Part shown: positions 11,617-24,789 of the stretch, piece by piece
Layout: each line of letters begins with the position of its first letter
How positions within the stretch are numbered: position 1 is the stretch's first letter
NCBI RefSeq assembly: GCF_963921235.1
Contig: NC_086101.1
Coordinates: 2,544,001 to 2,608,000 of the forward strand
From: Mobula hypostoma
Lineage: Eukaryota
Reading direction: 5' to 3'
DNA length: 64,000 bases
Program-made: the position numbers and the translations under genes
Notes under the pieces: generated by a model
What the model saw: only the letters and a program-made list of their open reading frames with translations
What the model was told of the DNA's origin: nothing
Databases searched by the model: none

Positions 11617-11833
11617 TTTGACCAGATTGTACTGTGAGGATGCTGGAGCAGGGATCCCATCACAGACCCAGTACTGTGCACACTGTGATATTTACTGAGT
11701 AACAAATCCCAAGGTGCAAACAAAGTCAGCGTCAAAGTTCAGGCAGAGATCAAAACATCCAGAGAAATCCAAAAACCAGAATCAGGAAACAGGCAGAGTT
11801 GATATTCAGACGGACAGAGTACGGATACAAATG

Positions 11834-12200
11834 GGGTGAGGGCAGAATGGAAGAGATGCAGTGGAGGGCAGTGTTGATGGTGGAAGAAGGGAAGCCCCTT
11901 TCTTTGAAGATGGAGGACAACTCTTCCATTTCGCGCACATCTGCCCTCACCTCAGACTGGGAGACCACCTCGCTGAGCACCGATGCTATATCCCCCAGAA
12001 AAAGTGGGATCTCTCACTGGCCGCCCATTGTAATTCCACGTCCCATCCCATCCTGACATGTCTATCCACGGCCTCCTCTACTGTAAAAATGAAGCCATAC
12101 TCGGGTTGGAGGAACAACACCTTATATTCGGTCTGGGTAGCCTCCAACCTGATGGCATGAACATTGACTTCTCAAACTTCCGCTAATGCCCCACCCCATT
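11834..12200 (+). mobile_element. Penelope-like element fragment (GIY-YIG C-terminus with an inverted piece)
   Basis: Similar to 62100-62365 (LEEQHLIF.LGSLQPDGMNIDFSNFR); its first part is antisense to FKERGFPSSTIN. Confidence 0.8.
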
Positions 12201-12975
12201 TCTCAGTGAGACGAGAGCATGGCAAGGGACACTTAAGGGACATTAATACCCAACAGCTATGTGGGAGGGAAGAATGCCATTGATGCTCAGTAGGGGGAAA
12301 GGCTGGCACGACATAGTGGGCTGAATGGCCTGTAGTGCGCTGAGAGTAAGCACAATAAACCAGACAAACAGCAGCGCTCACAGCTGTCAGGGTGAGCACC
12401 TGCATCACTGAGGGAAAGGAGGCACGTGCTGGGACCTGGATCAACGAGGAAGATTCCTGCTGCCTAGCAGGGAGATTGTGGGCCGAAGGGCTTGTTTCGG
12501 TGTTGTTTGTGTCTGTGGGAGCAGACCCCAGAGGGAGCGTGTCCACGATGTCCAACCTTCTGTTTCTTTTTTCAGCAACTTTGGAAAGCTTTGTAAAACT
12601 TCAGCACAGATCTCCTGTGTCATGTGCAGAACCTCGCCTGGTTTCTTAAAGAGTTAGTTGGGATGTCCCCTTTGACACACCGCAGAGACTGCAATGCTGT
12701 TCCTCCCGTAGTGGGTGTCAGCGCCACGTCCCCTGTGTTAAACAAGGCACAGCTAAACACTGCTACACAGAAATAACAACTTTGAAAAGGCACTTCACAG
12801 TTTGTTCAAAGTACATACACCTCACCATGCACAACCCTGAGAGCCAGTTTCTTGTAGGCATACTCAATAAATCCATAATACAACAATAACCATAATGGAA
12901 TCAATGAAAGGCGACTCCAAGTTGGGCATTCAACCAGTGAGCAAAAGACAGCAAACTGTGAAAACACAAAGAACG

Positions 12976-13011
<36 letters not shown>

Positions 13012-13143
13012 GAGCAATAAATATCAAGAACATGAGATGAAGAGTCCTGGAAAGTGAGTCCGTAGGTTGTGGGAACATTTCAGTGATGGGGTGAGTGAAG
13101 CTGAGTGAAGTTATCCTCACTGGTTCAGGAGCCTGCTGGTTTT

Positions 13144-13762
13144 TAGATTATAAAGACACGCAGTCCTCTTTTATTGTCATTTAGTAATGCATGCATTAAG
13201 AAATGATACAATATTTCCTCCGGTGTGATATCACAAAACACAGGACAGACCAAGACTGAAAAAACTAACAAAACCACGTAATTATAACATATAGTTACAA
13301 CAGTGCAACAAAACCATAACTTGATGTAGAACAGGCCATGACACAGTAAAAAGTTCAAAGTCTCTCAAATGTCCCACATCTCACGCAGACAGGAGAAGGA
13401 AGAAAACTCTCCCTGCCATGCCCGACCACAGTCCGACTCTGAGTCATCCGAAAACTTCGAGCTCCGATCAGCCCTCCGACACCGAGTACTGAGCACCATC
13501 TCTATCCGAACGATTCAACCTCAGCCTCGGTCGCCAGCAGGAGGCAAAGCCGGGGATTTTGAGGCCTTCCCTCCGGAAGATTCTCGATCACACAGTAACA
13601 GCGGCAGCGAACCGGCGTTTCAGAAATTTCTCCAGATGTTCCTCTGTGCTTTCATGTCTGTCTCTATCAAATCAGAATTGTCCACGGCCCCTATTTAACG
13701 GATACAATATCATTTTTCACCGGAGGGCTGCATGCACACGGCGTGCTGCTCTCTCACCCTCC
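13144..13762 (-). mobile_element. Second copy of the ~650-bp non-autonomous retroposon, inside a Rex1/Babar-like 3' fragment
   Basis: Reverse complement of 2475-3139 (shares ATGCATGCATTACTAAATGACAATAAAAG and ACATCTGGAGAAA). Confidence 0.8.
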
Positions 13763-14119
13763 CACCATTTGAGGGGTAATAACTGTTCCTGAACCTGGTG
13801 GTGAGAGTCCTGGGGCTCCTGTACCTCCTGCCTGATAGAAGCAGTGAGACGAGAGCAGGTCCTGGGTGGTGGTTCCTGATGGTTGAGGGCATAACTGTTC
13901 CTGAACCTGGTGGTGTGGGTCCTGGGGCTCCTGTACCTCCTGCCTGATGGAAGCAGTGAGACGACAGCGGGGCTACAGAAAAGGTTTAGAAGGCAATAGG
14001 GTTGAACTTAAAATTACCTCATGCCTGGAAGTGCCTGTTTTGGAGCTCTGAGGATTTTTGACTCTTTGATTGTGAAATACACCTGTACTAAACCCATGTA
14101 TGTGTGTTAAATCCATGTA

Positions 14120-14757
14120 ATAAGACCATAAGATATAGGAGCAGAATCCTATATGGCCCATCGAGTTACTCCGCCATTGCTGATCTAATTTTCCTCTCAG
14201 TCCCAGTCTCCTGCCTTCTCCTCTATCCCTTTATGCCCTGACCAATCAAGAATCTACCGACCTCTGCCTTAAATATGCATAAAGACCTGGCCTCCACAGC
14301 TGCCCAAGGCAAAGAATTACACAGATTCACCACCCTCTGGCTAAAGAAATTCCTCCTCATCTCCATTCTAAAAGGACGCCCCTCTATCCTAAGACTGTGC
14401 TTTCTGGTCGTAGACTCTCCCACTGTAGGAAACATCCTCTCTACATCCGCTCTATCAAGGTCGTTCACCATTCGATAGGTTTCAATGAGGTCATCCCTCA
14501 ATCATCTGAATTCTAGTGAATACAGGCCCAGAGCTATTAAATGCTCTTCACATGACAAGCGATTCAATCCTGAAAATATTTTTCTGAACCTGATTTGAAC
14601 CCTCTCCAGTTTTAGCACATCCTTTCAAAGATGAGGGGCCCAGACCTACTCACAATACTCCAAGAGAGGCCTGACCAGTGCTTTATGAAGTCTCAACATT
14701 ACATCTTTGTTCCTATATTCTAGTCCTCTTGAAGTGAATGTGAACATCACACTTGCC
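14120..14757 (-). mobile_element. CR1 3' fragment
   Basis: RT C-terminal peptides (LVRPLLEYC; DLIETYRM; FFSQRVVNL). Confidence 0.85.
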
Positions 14758-15854
14758 TTGTACCCATGTGCAATCCCTGTGCCCGTGTGCCACCTATGTA
14801 CCCGTGTTAAACCTATGTTTCCATGTGCAATCCTGCGCACGTGTTAAACCCATGTAGCATGTGCAATCCATGTATTCATTTTACAGTCCTGTACTGCTGT
14901 GCAATCCACATACCCGTATGAAACCCACGTACCCGTGTTCTATCCCTGTACCTGTGTGCAATCCTCAGCGAGTTAGACCAGTGGGAAGTACTTAAAAGGA
15001 GAGAGCTTTTTTTTCCAGCGGTTAGATCGAGGCACGACTGCGCAGGTGCGTGGACGTCAGCGAGTTAGACCGGCGGCAAGAGTTTAAAAAGAAGACAGCT
15101 TTATAGAGCGGGCACTGGAGTAGAGGGAGTCAGAGTAGGTGGGCTTTGGCTCAACAGGTCTTCGGTGATAACGGGTCGAAGCGAGGCAAGTTACTTGTGA
15201 AGAATAGGAATAGGAAGTGTGCCCGTGAGGCCAGTGTCCTTTACCGGGTGTCAGATGTGGGAAGTCCGGGAGACTCCCAGCCTCCCAGACGGTCACATCT
15301 GCAGCAGAAGCGTCGAGCTGCAGCTCCTTAGGGACCGGGTTAGGGAACTGGAGATGCAGCTTGATGACCTTCGTCTGGTCAGGGAGAGTGAGGAGGCGAT
15401 AGAGAGGAGTTATAGGCAGGTAGTCACTCCGGGGCCTCAGGAGACAGATAAGTGGGTAACAGTCAGGAGAGGGAAGGGCAGGAGTCAGATACTAGAGAGT
15501 ACCCCTGTGGCTGTCCCCCTTAACAATAAGTACTCCTGTTTGAGTACTGTTGGGGGATGACAATCTACCTGGGGGAGGCAACAGCAGCCACATCTCTGGC
15601 ACAGAGTCTGGCCCTGTGGCTCAGAAGGGTGGGGAAAGGAAGAGGGTGGAAACAAGCTGGTAATGATGGGTGTGGCCAGGTAGAGTGGACGAGCATAATG
15701 ATTTTATTTATTTACTCGCTCATTCACTCAGAGATACAGCATAGAACAGACGCTTCCAGCCCTCTGAGCCGCACCTCCCAGCGACCCACTGATTTAACCC
15801 TAGTCTGCAGTAATCACAGGACAAGTCACAATGGCCAATTAATCCACTAACCGG

Positions 15855-16875
15855 AAACACAAAATAATCTGCAGATGCTGGAGTCAAAGCAACAGTCACA
15901 ACACGTTGGAGGAACTCAGCAAGTCGAGCAGCATCCGTGGAAACTTAGTGGTGGGGTCCTCACCTACCACCCCACTAGCCTCCGGATCCAGCACATTATC
16001 CTCCGCAACTTCCACCACCTTCAACAGGACCCCACCACTAAACACATCTTTCCCTCTCCACCCCTCTCTGCTTTCCGCAGGGATTGGTCCTTCCGCGACT
16101 CCCTGGTCCACACGTCCCTCCCCACGGATCTCCCACCTGGCACTTATCCCGATAAGCGTAAGTGCTACAGCTGTCCCTACACCTTCTCTCTTGCCACCAT
16201 TCAGGGCCCCAAACAGTCTTTCCAGGTGAGGCAACACTTCACTTGTGAGTCTGTTGGGGTCATCTATTGCATCCGGTGCTCCTGGTGCGGCCTCCTCTAC
16301 ATCAGTGAAACCTGACGCAGATTGGGGGACCGCTTCATCGAGCACCTCCACTCCGTCCGCCACAACAGACAGGATCTCCCAGTAGCCACCCACTTCAACT
16401 GTGCTTCACATTCCCATTCGGATATGTCCATACATGGCCTCCTCTACTGCCATCATGAGGCTAAACTCAGGTTGGAGGAGCAACACCTCATATACTGTCT
16501 AGGTAGTCTCCAGCCCCTCGGTATGAACATAGATTTCTCCAACTTCCGGTAATTCCCTCCCCCTCCCTTCTCCTATCCCTATTTCACTCTGTCCCCTCCC
16601 CCAGCTGCCTACCACCTCCCTCATGGTTCCGCCTCCTTCTACTACCCATTGTGTTTTCCCCTATTCTTTCTTCACTCTTCCTGCCTATTTCCTCCCTGCC
16701 TCCCCTCCCCCACCCCTTTATCTTTCGCCTTACTGGTTTTCCACCTGGAAACTACCAGCCTTCTCCTTCCCACCCTCCCCCCACCTTCTTTATAGGGCCT
16801 CTACCCCTTCCCCCTTCAGTCCTGACGAAGGGTTCCGGCCCGAAACGTCGACCGATCTTTTCCACGGATGCTGTC
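15855..16875 (+). mobile_element. Penelope-like element fragment with a short inverted 5' end and a hammerhead motif
   Basis: GIY-YIG peptides (VIYCIRCSWCGLLYISET, RLEEQHLIY); pyrimidine-rich pLTR; CTGACGA..GAAAC at 16822-16846. Confidence 0.88.
16817..16855 (+). ncRNA. Minimal type I hammerhead ribozyme motif (Penelope pLTR)
   Basis: CAGTC-CTGACGA-AGGG TTCCGG CCC-GAAA-CGTC-GACCG: CUGAnGA and GAAA cores, short stem II, GUC cleavage triplet. Confidence 0.75.
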
Positions 16876-19800
16876 TGATCGGATGGTAGTTTGCCTCCCA
16901 GGTGTCAGGGTCCGGGATGTTTCTGATTACGTCCAAGATATCCTGAAGTGGGAAGGAGAACAGCCAGAGGTCATGGTACATATTGGTACCAATGACATAG
17001 GTAAGAAAAGGGAGGAGGTCCTGAAAACGGACTACAGGGAGTTAGGAAAGAAGTTGAGAAGCAGGACCGCAAAGGTAGTAATCTCGGGATTACTGCCTGT
17101 GCCACGCGACAGTGAGTATAGGAATTGAATGAGGTGGAGGATAAATGCGTGGCTGAGGGATTGGAGCAGGGGGCAGGGATTCAGATTTCTGGATCATTGG
17201 GACCTCTTTTGGGGCAGGTGTGACCTGTATAAAAAGGATGGGTTGCACTTGAATCCTAGGGGGACAAATATCCTGGCGGGGAGGTTTGCTAAGGCTATTG
17301 GGGAGAGTTTAAACTAGAATTGCTGGGGGTGAGAACTGAAGAGACAGAGGAAGGGGACGTTGACTCACAAATAGAGAAAGTTTGGAGACAGTGTGAGGGG
17401 GAAGATAGGCAGGTGATAGAGAAGGGATGCGCTCAGACTGATGGTTTGAGATGTGTCTATTTTAATGCAAGAAGCATCATGAACAAAGTGGATGAGCTTA
17501 GAGCATGGATCAGTACTTGGAGCTATGATGTGGTGGCCATTACAGAGACTTGGATGGTTCAGGGGCAGGAGTGGTAACTTCGAGTGCCAGGCTTTAGATG
17601 TTTCAGAAAGGATAGGGAGGGAGGCAAAAGAGGTGGGGGCGTGGCACTGTTGATCAGAGATAGTGTCACGGCTGCAGAAAAGGAGGATATCATGGAGGGA
17701 TTGTCTACGGAGTCTCTGTGGGTGGAGGTTAGGAACAGGAAGGGGTCAATAACTCTACTGGGTGTTTTTTATAGACCACCCAATAGTAACAGGGACATCG
17801 AGGAGCAGATAGAGAGACAGATTCTAGAAAAGAGTAATAATAACAGAGTTGTCGTGGTGGGAGATTTTAATTTCCCAAATATTGATTGACATGTCCCTAG
17901 AGTGGGGGGTTTAGATGGCGTGGAGTTTGTTAGGTGTGTTCAGGAAGGTTTCTTGACACAATATGTAGATAAGCCTACAAGAGGAGAGGCTGTACTTGAT
18001 CTGGTATTGGGAAATGAACCTGGTCAGGTGTCAGGTCTCTCAGTAGGAGAGCATTTTGGAGATAGTGATCACAATTCTATCTCCCTTACCATAGCATTGG
18101 AGAGGGATAGGAACAGACAAGTTAGGAAAACATTTAATTAGAGTAAGGGGAAATATGAAGCTATCAGGCAGGAACTTGGAAGCATAAACTGGGAACAAAT
18201 GTTCTCAGGGAAATGGTGGGCAGAAATGTGGCAAATGTTGGATATTTGAGTGGTGTTCTGCATAGGTACATTCCAATGAGACGGAAAGGATGGTAGGGTA
18301 CAGGAATTGTGGTGTACAAAAGCTGTTGAAAATCTCATCAAGAAGAAAAGAAAAGTCTACAAAAGGTTCAAATAACTAAGTAATGATAGAGATCTAGAAA
18401 ATTATACTTAGCAGGAAGGAGCTAAAGAATGATATTATGAGAGCCAAAAGGGACCATGAAAAGGCCTTGGCAAGCAGGATTAAGGAAAACCCCAAGGAAT
18501 TCTACATGTGAAGAGAAAGAGGATAAGACGTGAGAGAATAGGACCAATCAACTGTGAAAAATGTGTTTGGAAACAGAGGAGATAGCTGAGGTACTGAATG
18601 AGTACTTTACTTCAGTATTCACTACCAAAAAGGAACTTGGTGATTGTAGGGATGACTTACAGCAGACTGAAAAACTTGAGCATACAGACATTAAGAAAGA
18701 GGATGTGCTGGAGCTTTTGGAAAGCATCAAGTTGGATAAGTCACCGGGACCGGACGAGATGTACCCAGGCATCATCAATGGGGACGGGAGAGATTCTGGA
18801 GGATTGGAGGGTTGCAGATGTTGTTTCCTTATTGAAGAGAGGGAGTAGAGATAGCCCAGGAAATTATAGACCAGTGAGTTTTACTTCAGTGGTTGGTAAG
18901 TTGATGGAGAAGATCCTGAGAGGCAGGATTTATGAACATTTGAAGAAGCATAATATGATTAGGAATAGTCAGCATGGCTTTGTGAAAGGCAGGTCGTGCC
19001 TTACGAGCCTGATCGAATTTTTTGAGGATGTGACTAAACACATTGTTGAAGGAAGAGCAGCAGATGCAGTGTATATGGATTTCAGCAAGGCATTTGATAA
19101 GGTACCCCATTCAAGGCTTATTGAGAAAGTAAGGAGGCATGGGATCCAAGAGGACATTGCTTTGTGGATCCAGAACTGGCTTGCCCACAGAAGGCAAAGA
19201 GTGATTGTAGACGGGTCATATTCTGCATGGAGGTCGGTGGCCAGTGGAGTGCCTCACAGATCTGTTCTGGGACCCTTACTCTTTGTGATTTTTATAAATG
19301 ACCTGGATGAGGAAGTGGAGGGATGAGTTAGTAAGTTTGCTGATGACACAAAGGTTGGAGGTGTTGTGGATAGTGTGGAGGGCTGTCAGAGGTTACAGCC
19401 GGACATTGATAGGATGCAAAGCTGTGCTGAGAAGTGGCAGATGGAGTTCAACCCAGATAAGTGTGAGGTGGTTCATTTTGGTAGGTCAGATACGATGGCA
19501 GAATACAGTATTAATGGTAAGACTCTTGGCAGTGTGGAGAATCAGAAGGATCTTGGGGTCCAAGTCCATAGGACACTCAAAGCAGCTGTGCAGGTTGACT
19601 CTGTGGTTAAGAAGACATACAGTGCATTGGCCTTCATCAATGGTGGGATTGAATTTAGGAGCCGAGAGGTAATATTGCAGCTTCATAGGACCCTGGTCAG
19701 ACCCCACTTGGAGTACTGTGCTCAGTTCTGGTCGCCTCACTACAGGAAGGATGTGGAAACCACAGAAAGGGTGCAGAGGAGATTTACAAGGATGTTGCCT

Positions 19801-20244
19801 GGATTGGGGAGCATCTCTTATGAGAATAGGTTGAGTGAACTCGACCTTTTCTCCTTGGAGCGACGGAGGATGAGAGGTGACTTGATAGAGGTGTATAAGG
19901 TGATGAGAGGCATTGATCGTGTGGACAGTCAGAGGCTTTTTCCCAGGGTTGAAATAGCTGCCACAAGAGGGCACAGTTTTAAAGTGCTTGTAAGTAGGTA
20001 CAGAGGAGATGTCAGGGGTAAGTTTTTTACGCAGAGCGTGGGGAGTGTGTGGAATGGGCTGCTGACGGTGACGGTGGTGGAGGCGGATACAATAGGGTTT
20101 TTTTAAGAGACTCCTGGACAGGTACATGGAGCTTAGAAAGATAAAGGGCTAGGTAGCCCTAGGTAATTTCTAACATAAGTACATGTTCAGCACAGCATTG
20201 TGGGCTGATGGGCCTGTATTGTGCTGTGTCTCTATGTTTCTACC

Positions 20245-23200
20245 TGGATTAAACCGATGTAGCCACGTGCAATCCGTATACCCGTGTTAAACCCCTGTAC
20301 TCGTGTTAAACCCCTGTACTAGTGTGCAATCCCTGTACCCGTGTTAAACCCCTGTACTCGTGTTAAACCCCTGTACTAGTGTGCAATCCCTGTACCCATG
20401 TTAAACCCCTGTACCCGTTAAACCCCTGTACCCGTGTTAAACCCCTGTACTCGTGTTAAACCCCTGTACCTGTGTGCAATCCCTGTACCCGTGTTAAACC
20501 CCTGTACTCGTGTTAAACCCCTGTACCTGTGTGCAATCCCAGTACTCCTGTTAAACCCCTGTACCCGTGTTAAACCCCTGTACTCGTGTGCAATCCCTGT
20601 ACCCGTGTGCAATCCCTGCACACGTGTTAAACCCCTGTACACGTGTGCAATCCCTGTACACGTGTTAAACCCCTGTACACGTGTGCAATCCCTGTACACG
20701 TGTTAAACCCCTGTACCCGTGTGCAACCCCTGTACCCGTGTTAAATCCCTGTACCCGTGTTAACCCCCCGTACCCATGTTAAACCCCTGTACTCGTGTTA
20801 AACCCCTGTACTCGTGTGCAATTCCTGTACCCGTGTTAAACCCCTGTACTCCTGTGCAATCCCTGTATCCATGTTAAACCCCTGTACCCGTGTTAAACCC
20901 CTGTACCCGTGTTAAACCCCTGTACCCATGTTAAACCCCTGTACCCATGTTAAACCCCTGTACTCGTGTTAACCCCTGTACCCATGTTAAACCCCTGTAC
21001 TCGTGTGCAATCCCTGTACTCATGTGCAATCCCTGTACCCGTGTTAAACCCCTGTACCCGTGTGCAATCCCTGTACCCGTGTGCAATCCTTGTACCCGTG
21101 TTAAACCCCTGTACCCCTGTTAAACCCCTGTATCCGTGTTAAACCCCTGTACTCGTGTGCAATCCCTGTACCCGTGTTAAACCCCTGTACCCGTGTTAAC
21201 CCCCTGTACTCATGTGCAATCCCTGTACCCGTGTTAAACCCCTGTACCCGTGTGCAATCCCTGTACCCGTGTGCAATCCTCGTACCCGTGTTAAACCCCT
21301 GTACCCCTGTTAAACCCCTGTATCCGTGTTAAACCCCTGTACTCGTGTGCAATCCCTGTACCCGTGTTAACCCCCTGTACTCATGTGCAATCCCTGTACC
21401 TGTGTTAAACCCATGTAACCATGTGCAATCCCTGTACCCGTGTGCAATCCCTGTACTCGTGTGAAATCTCTGTACTCGTGTTAAACCTCTGTACCCGTGT
21501 GCAATCCCTGTACACGTGTTAAACCCCTGTACCTGTGTTAAATCCCTGTACCCGTGTTAAACCCCTGTACCCATGTTAAACCCCTGTACTTGTGTGCAAT
21601 CCCTGTACCCATGTTAAACCCCTGTACCCATGTTAAACCCCTGTACTCGTGTGCAATCCCTGTACCCATGTTAAACCCCTGTACTCGTGTGCAATTCCTG
21701 TACCCGTGTTAAACCCCTGTACTCGTGTGCAATCCCTGTACCCGTGTGCAATCCCTGTACCTGTGTTAAACCCATGTAACCATGTGCAAACCCTGTATCT
21801 GTGTTACAACCATGTATCCATGTGCAATCCCTGTACCCGTGTGCAATCCCTGTACCCGTGTTAAACCCCTGTACCCATGTGCAATCCCTGTACTCGTGTG
21901 AAATCTCTGTACTCATGTTAAACCACTGTACCCTTGTTAAACCCCTGTACTGTGTGCAATCCCTGTACCCGTGTTAAACCCCTGTACCTGTGTTAAACCC
22001 CTGTACTCGTGTGCAATCCCTGTACCCGTGTGCAATTCCTGTACTCGTGTTAAACCCCTGTACCCGTGTTAAATTCCTGTACCCGTGTTAAACCCCTGTA
22101 CCCGTGTGCAATTCCTGTACTCGTGTGAAACCTCTGTACTCATGTTAAACCCCTGTACCCGTGTGCAATCCCTGTACCCGTGTTAAACCCCTGTACCTGT
22201 GTTAAATTCCTGTACCCGTGTTAAACCCCTGTACCCGTGTGCAATCCCTGTACCCGTGTTAAACCCCTGTACCTGTGTTAAATTCCTGTACCCGTGTTAA
22301 ACCCCTGTACCCGTGTTAAACCCCTGTACCCGTGTTAAACCCCTGTACCCGTGTTAAACCCCTGTACTCGTGTGGAATCCCCATACCTGTGTTAAACCCC
22401 TGTACCCGTGTTAAACCCCTGTACCCGTGTGCAATCCCTGTACTCGTGTTAAACCCCTGTACCCGTGTAAAACCCCTGTACCCGTGTTAAACCCCTGTAC
22501 TCGTGTTAAACCCCTGTACTCGTGTGGAATCCCCATAGCCGTGTTAAACCACTGTACCCGTGTTAAACCCCCATACCCGTGTGCAATCCCTGTACTCGTG
22601 TTAAACCCCTGTAATCGTGTTAAACCCCTGTACCCATGTTAAACCCCTGTACTCGTGTGCAATCCCCATACCTGTGTTAAACCCCTGTACTCGTGTGCAA
22701 TCCCTGTACCCGTGTTAAACCCCTGTACCCGTGTTAAACCCCTGTACCCGTGTGCAATCCCTGTACCTGTGTTAAACCCCTGTAACCATGTGCAAACCCT
22801 GTATGTGTTACATCCATGTATCCATGTGCAATCCCTGTACCCGTGTGCAATCCCTGTACTCGTGTTAAACCCCTGTACTTGTGTTAAACCCCTGTACCCG
22901 TGTGCAATCCCTGTACCCGTGTTAAACCCCTGTACCCATGTTAAATCCCTGTACCCGTGTTAAACCCCTGTACCTGTGTTAAATTCCTGTACCCGTATTA
23001 AACCCCTGTACCCGTGTGCAATCCCTGTACTCGTGTGAAATCCCTGTACTCATGTGAAATCTCTGTACCCGTGTTAAACCCCTGTACCCGTGTGCAATCC
23101 CTGTACCCGTGTTAAACCCCTGTACCTGTGTTAAATTCCTGTACCCGTGTTAAACCCCTGTACTCGTGTGCAATCCCTGTACTCGTGTTAAACCCCTGTA

Positions 23201-23645
23201 CCCGTGCGCAATTCCTGTACCCGTGTTAAACCCCTGTACCCATGTGCAATCTCTGTACTCGTGTTAAACCTCTGTACCCGTGTGCAATCCCTGTACCCAT
23301 GTTAAACCCCGGTACCCGTGTGCAATCCCTGTACCCGTGTTAAACCCCTGTACTCGTGTTAAACCCCTGTACCCGTGTGCAATCCCTGTACCCGTGTTAA
23401 ACCCCTGTACTTGTGTGCAATCCCTGTACCCGTGTTAAACCCCTGTACTCGTGTTAAACCCCTGTACCCGTGTGCAATCCCTGTACCCGTGTTAAACCCC
23501 TGTACCCGTGTTAAACCCCTGTACTCGTGTTAAACCCCTGTACTCGTGTGCAATCCCTGTACCCGTGTTAAACCCCTGTACCCGTGTGCAATCTCTGTAC
23601 CGTGTTAAACCCCTGTACCCATGTGCAATTCCTGTACCCATGTTA
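20245..23645. repeat. 19-bp minisatellite/satellite array (about 3.4 kb), with degenerate outliers near 14080-14120, 14758-14965 and 24260-24310
   Basis: The monomers CCCGTGTTAAACCCCTGTA and CCCGTGTGCAATCCCTGTA are interspersed. Confidence 0.97.
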
Positions 23646-24258
23646 ACATAGAATAGTACAGCACAGTACAGGCCCTTTGGCCCACAATGTTGTGCCGACC
23701 CTCAAACCCTGCCTCCCATAAGACCCCCCCACCTTAGATTCCTCCATATACCTGTCTAGTAGTCTCTTAAACTTCACTAGTGTATCTGCCTCCACCACTG
23801 ACTCAGGCAGTGCATTCCACGCACCAACCACTCTCTGAGTGAAAAACCTTCCTCTAATATCCCCCTTGAACTTCCCACCCCTTACCTTAAAGCCATGTCC
23901 TCTTGTATTGAGCAGTGGTGCCCTGGGGAAGAGGCGCTGGCTATCCACTCTATCTATTCCTCTTAATATCTTGTACAACTCCATCATGTCTCCTCTCATC
24001 CTCCTTCTCTCCAAAGAGTAAAGCCCCAGCTCCCTGAATCTCTGATCATAATGCATACTTTCTAAACCAGGCAGCATCCTGGTAAATCTCCTCTGTACCC
24101 TTTCCAATGCTTCCACATTCTTCCTATAGTGAGGTGACCAGAACTGGACACACTACTCCAAGTGTGGCCTAACCAGAGTTTTATAGAGCTGCATCATTAC
24201 ATCGCGACTCTTAAACTCTGTCCCTCGACTTATGAAAGCTAACACCCCATAAGCTTTC
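23646..24258 (-). mobile_element. Young CR1 3' fragment inserted in the 19-bp array
   Basis: ORF 23643-24116 is near-identical to 32112-32570 (ALERVQRRFTRMLPG...RAPLLNTRGHGFK). Confidence 0.92.
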
Positions 24259-24789
24259 TGCACCCGTGTTAAACCCCCGTGCTCGTGTGCAATCCCGCTA
24301 CCTGTGTTCAATTAATTTATTTAGAGATACTGCGAGGAACCACACGGCACGGCAACTCACCGATTTAACGTTAGCCTGATCACGGGACAATTCACCGAGT
24401 GGCCGGTACGTGTTTGGTCCGTGGGACGAACGTGGAACTCGCGGAGTTGACGGACTTTCTTCCTGAAGGTGCTGGAATTGAATTTCGACGCCCTGAGCGG
24501 TAACAGCGTCGTGCTAACCGCTTTGTTTCTGTGGCGCCCGTATCTCAGACCGGGGGTTTAAATCCTCTGAGTTAAGGATTCGAAGGGACTGGAATTTTTT
24601 CGCGGGATAGCGTTTTTAAAATTCCAAACACAGGCTTTATTCGTGATTTGAAAGGAACACAAAGCAAGAAAAAGGAAAACAAGAAAACAGGCCCCAACCA
24701 GTAATTCCAGGTGAGGCAACGGATTCCGATGAATCTGCCGGGGCTGGCTGTCTTGTTTGCTTACAGGGAGGACGTGATTGAACTGGAAG

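Larger units (their letters stand above)
784..11833 (-). mobile_element. Ty3/Gypsy chromovirus LTR retrotransposon (Tf1/sushi-like), decayed
   Basis: The LTR starting TGTCAGG at 784 matches the LTR starting TGTGAGG at 11633. The 3' LTR ends TGACA at 7325 next to a PPT (GGGGGGGTAC on the minus strand). Internal frameshifted gag with a CLYCGQPDHFIPTC knuckle, protease (VVDSGA), RT (YLDD), RNase H (DASD, TDHKNL), integrase ([10 protein letters not shown]) and chromodomain (YLVDWEGYGP). The 5' LTR is cut by a Penelope fragment at about 11834. Confidence 0.93.
14966..20243 (+). mobile_element. Near full-length decayed CR1 LINE (5'UTR, ORF1, ORF2) with internal SINE and Penelope insertions
   Basis: 5'UTR with a duplicated CAGCGAGTTAGACC; ORF1 zinc-finger/leucine-zipper piece (15219-15560) and SGNH esterase pieces (HIGTND; 16868-17317); ORF2 pieces 17320-20106 with stops and frameshifts; TCTATGTTTC tail. 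Confidence 0.92.

Noticed and set aside
12556..12600. Strong orphan splice acceptor (CTTCTGTTTCTTTTTTCAG|) in apparently unique sequence
   Set aside because: No recognisable peptide or partner exon in the window; it cannot be supported without transcripts.
12976..13007. (AAT)n microsatellite and poly-Leu/Ile ORFs (also 3114-3139)
   Set aside because: Simple repeats associated with retroposon tails, not coding sequence.
20245..23645. CRISPR-like array or repetitive ORFs
   Set aside because: Contiguous 19-bp monomers with no unique spacers and no cas genes, in a vertebrate context; the ORFs are by-products of the repeat.
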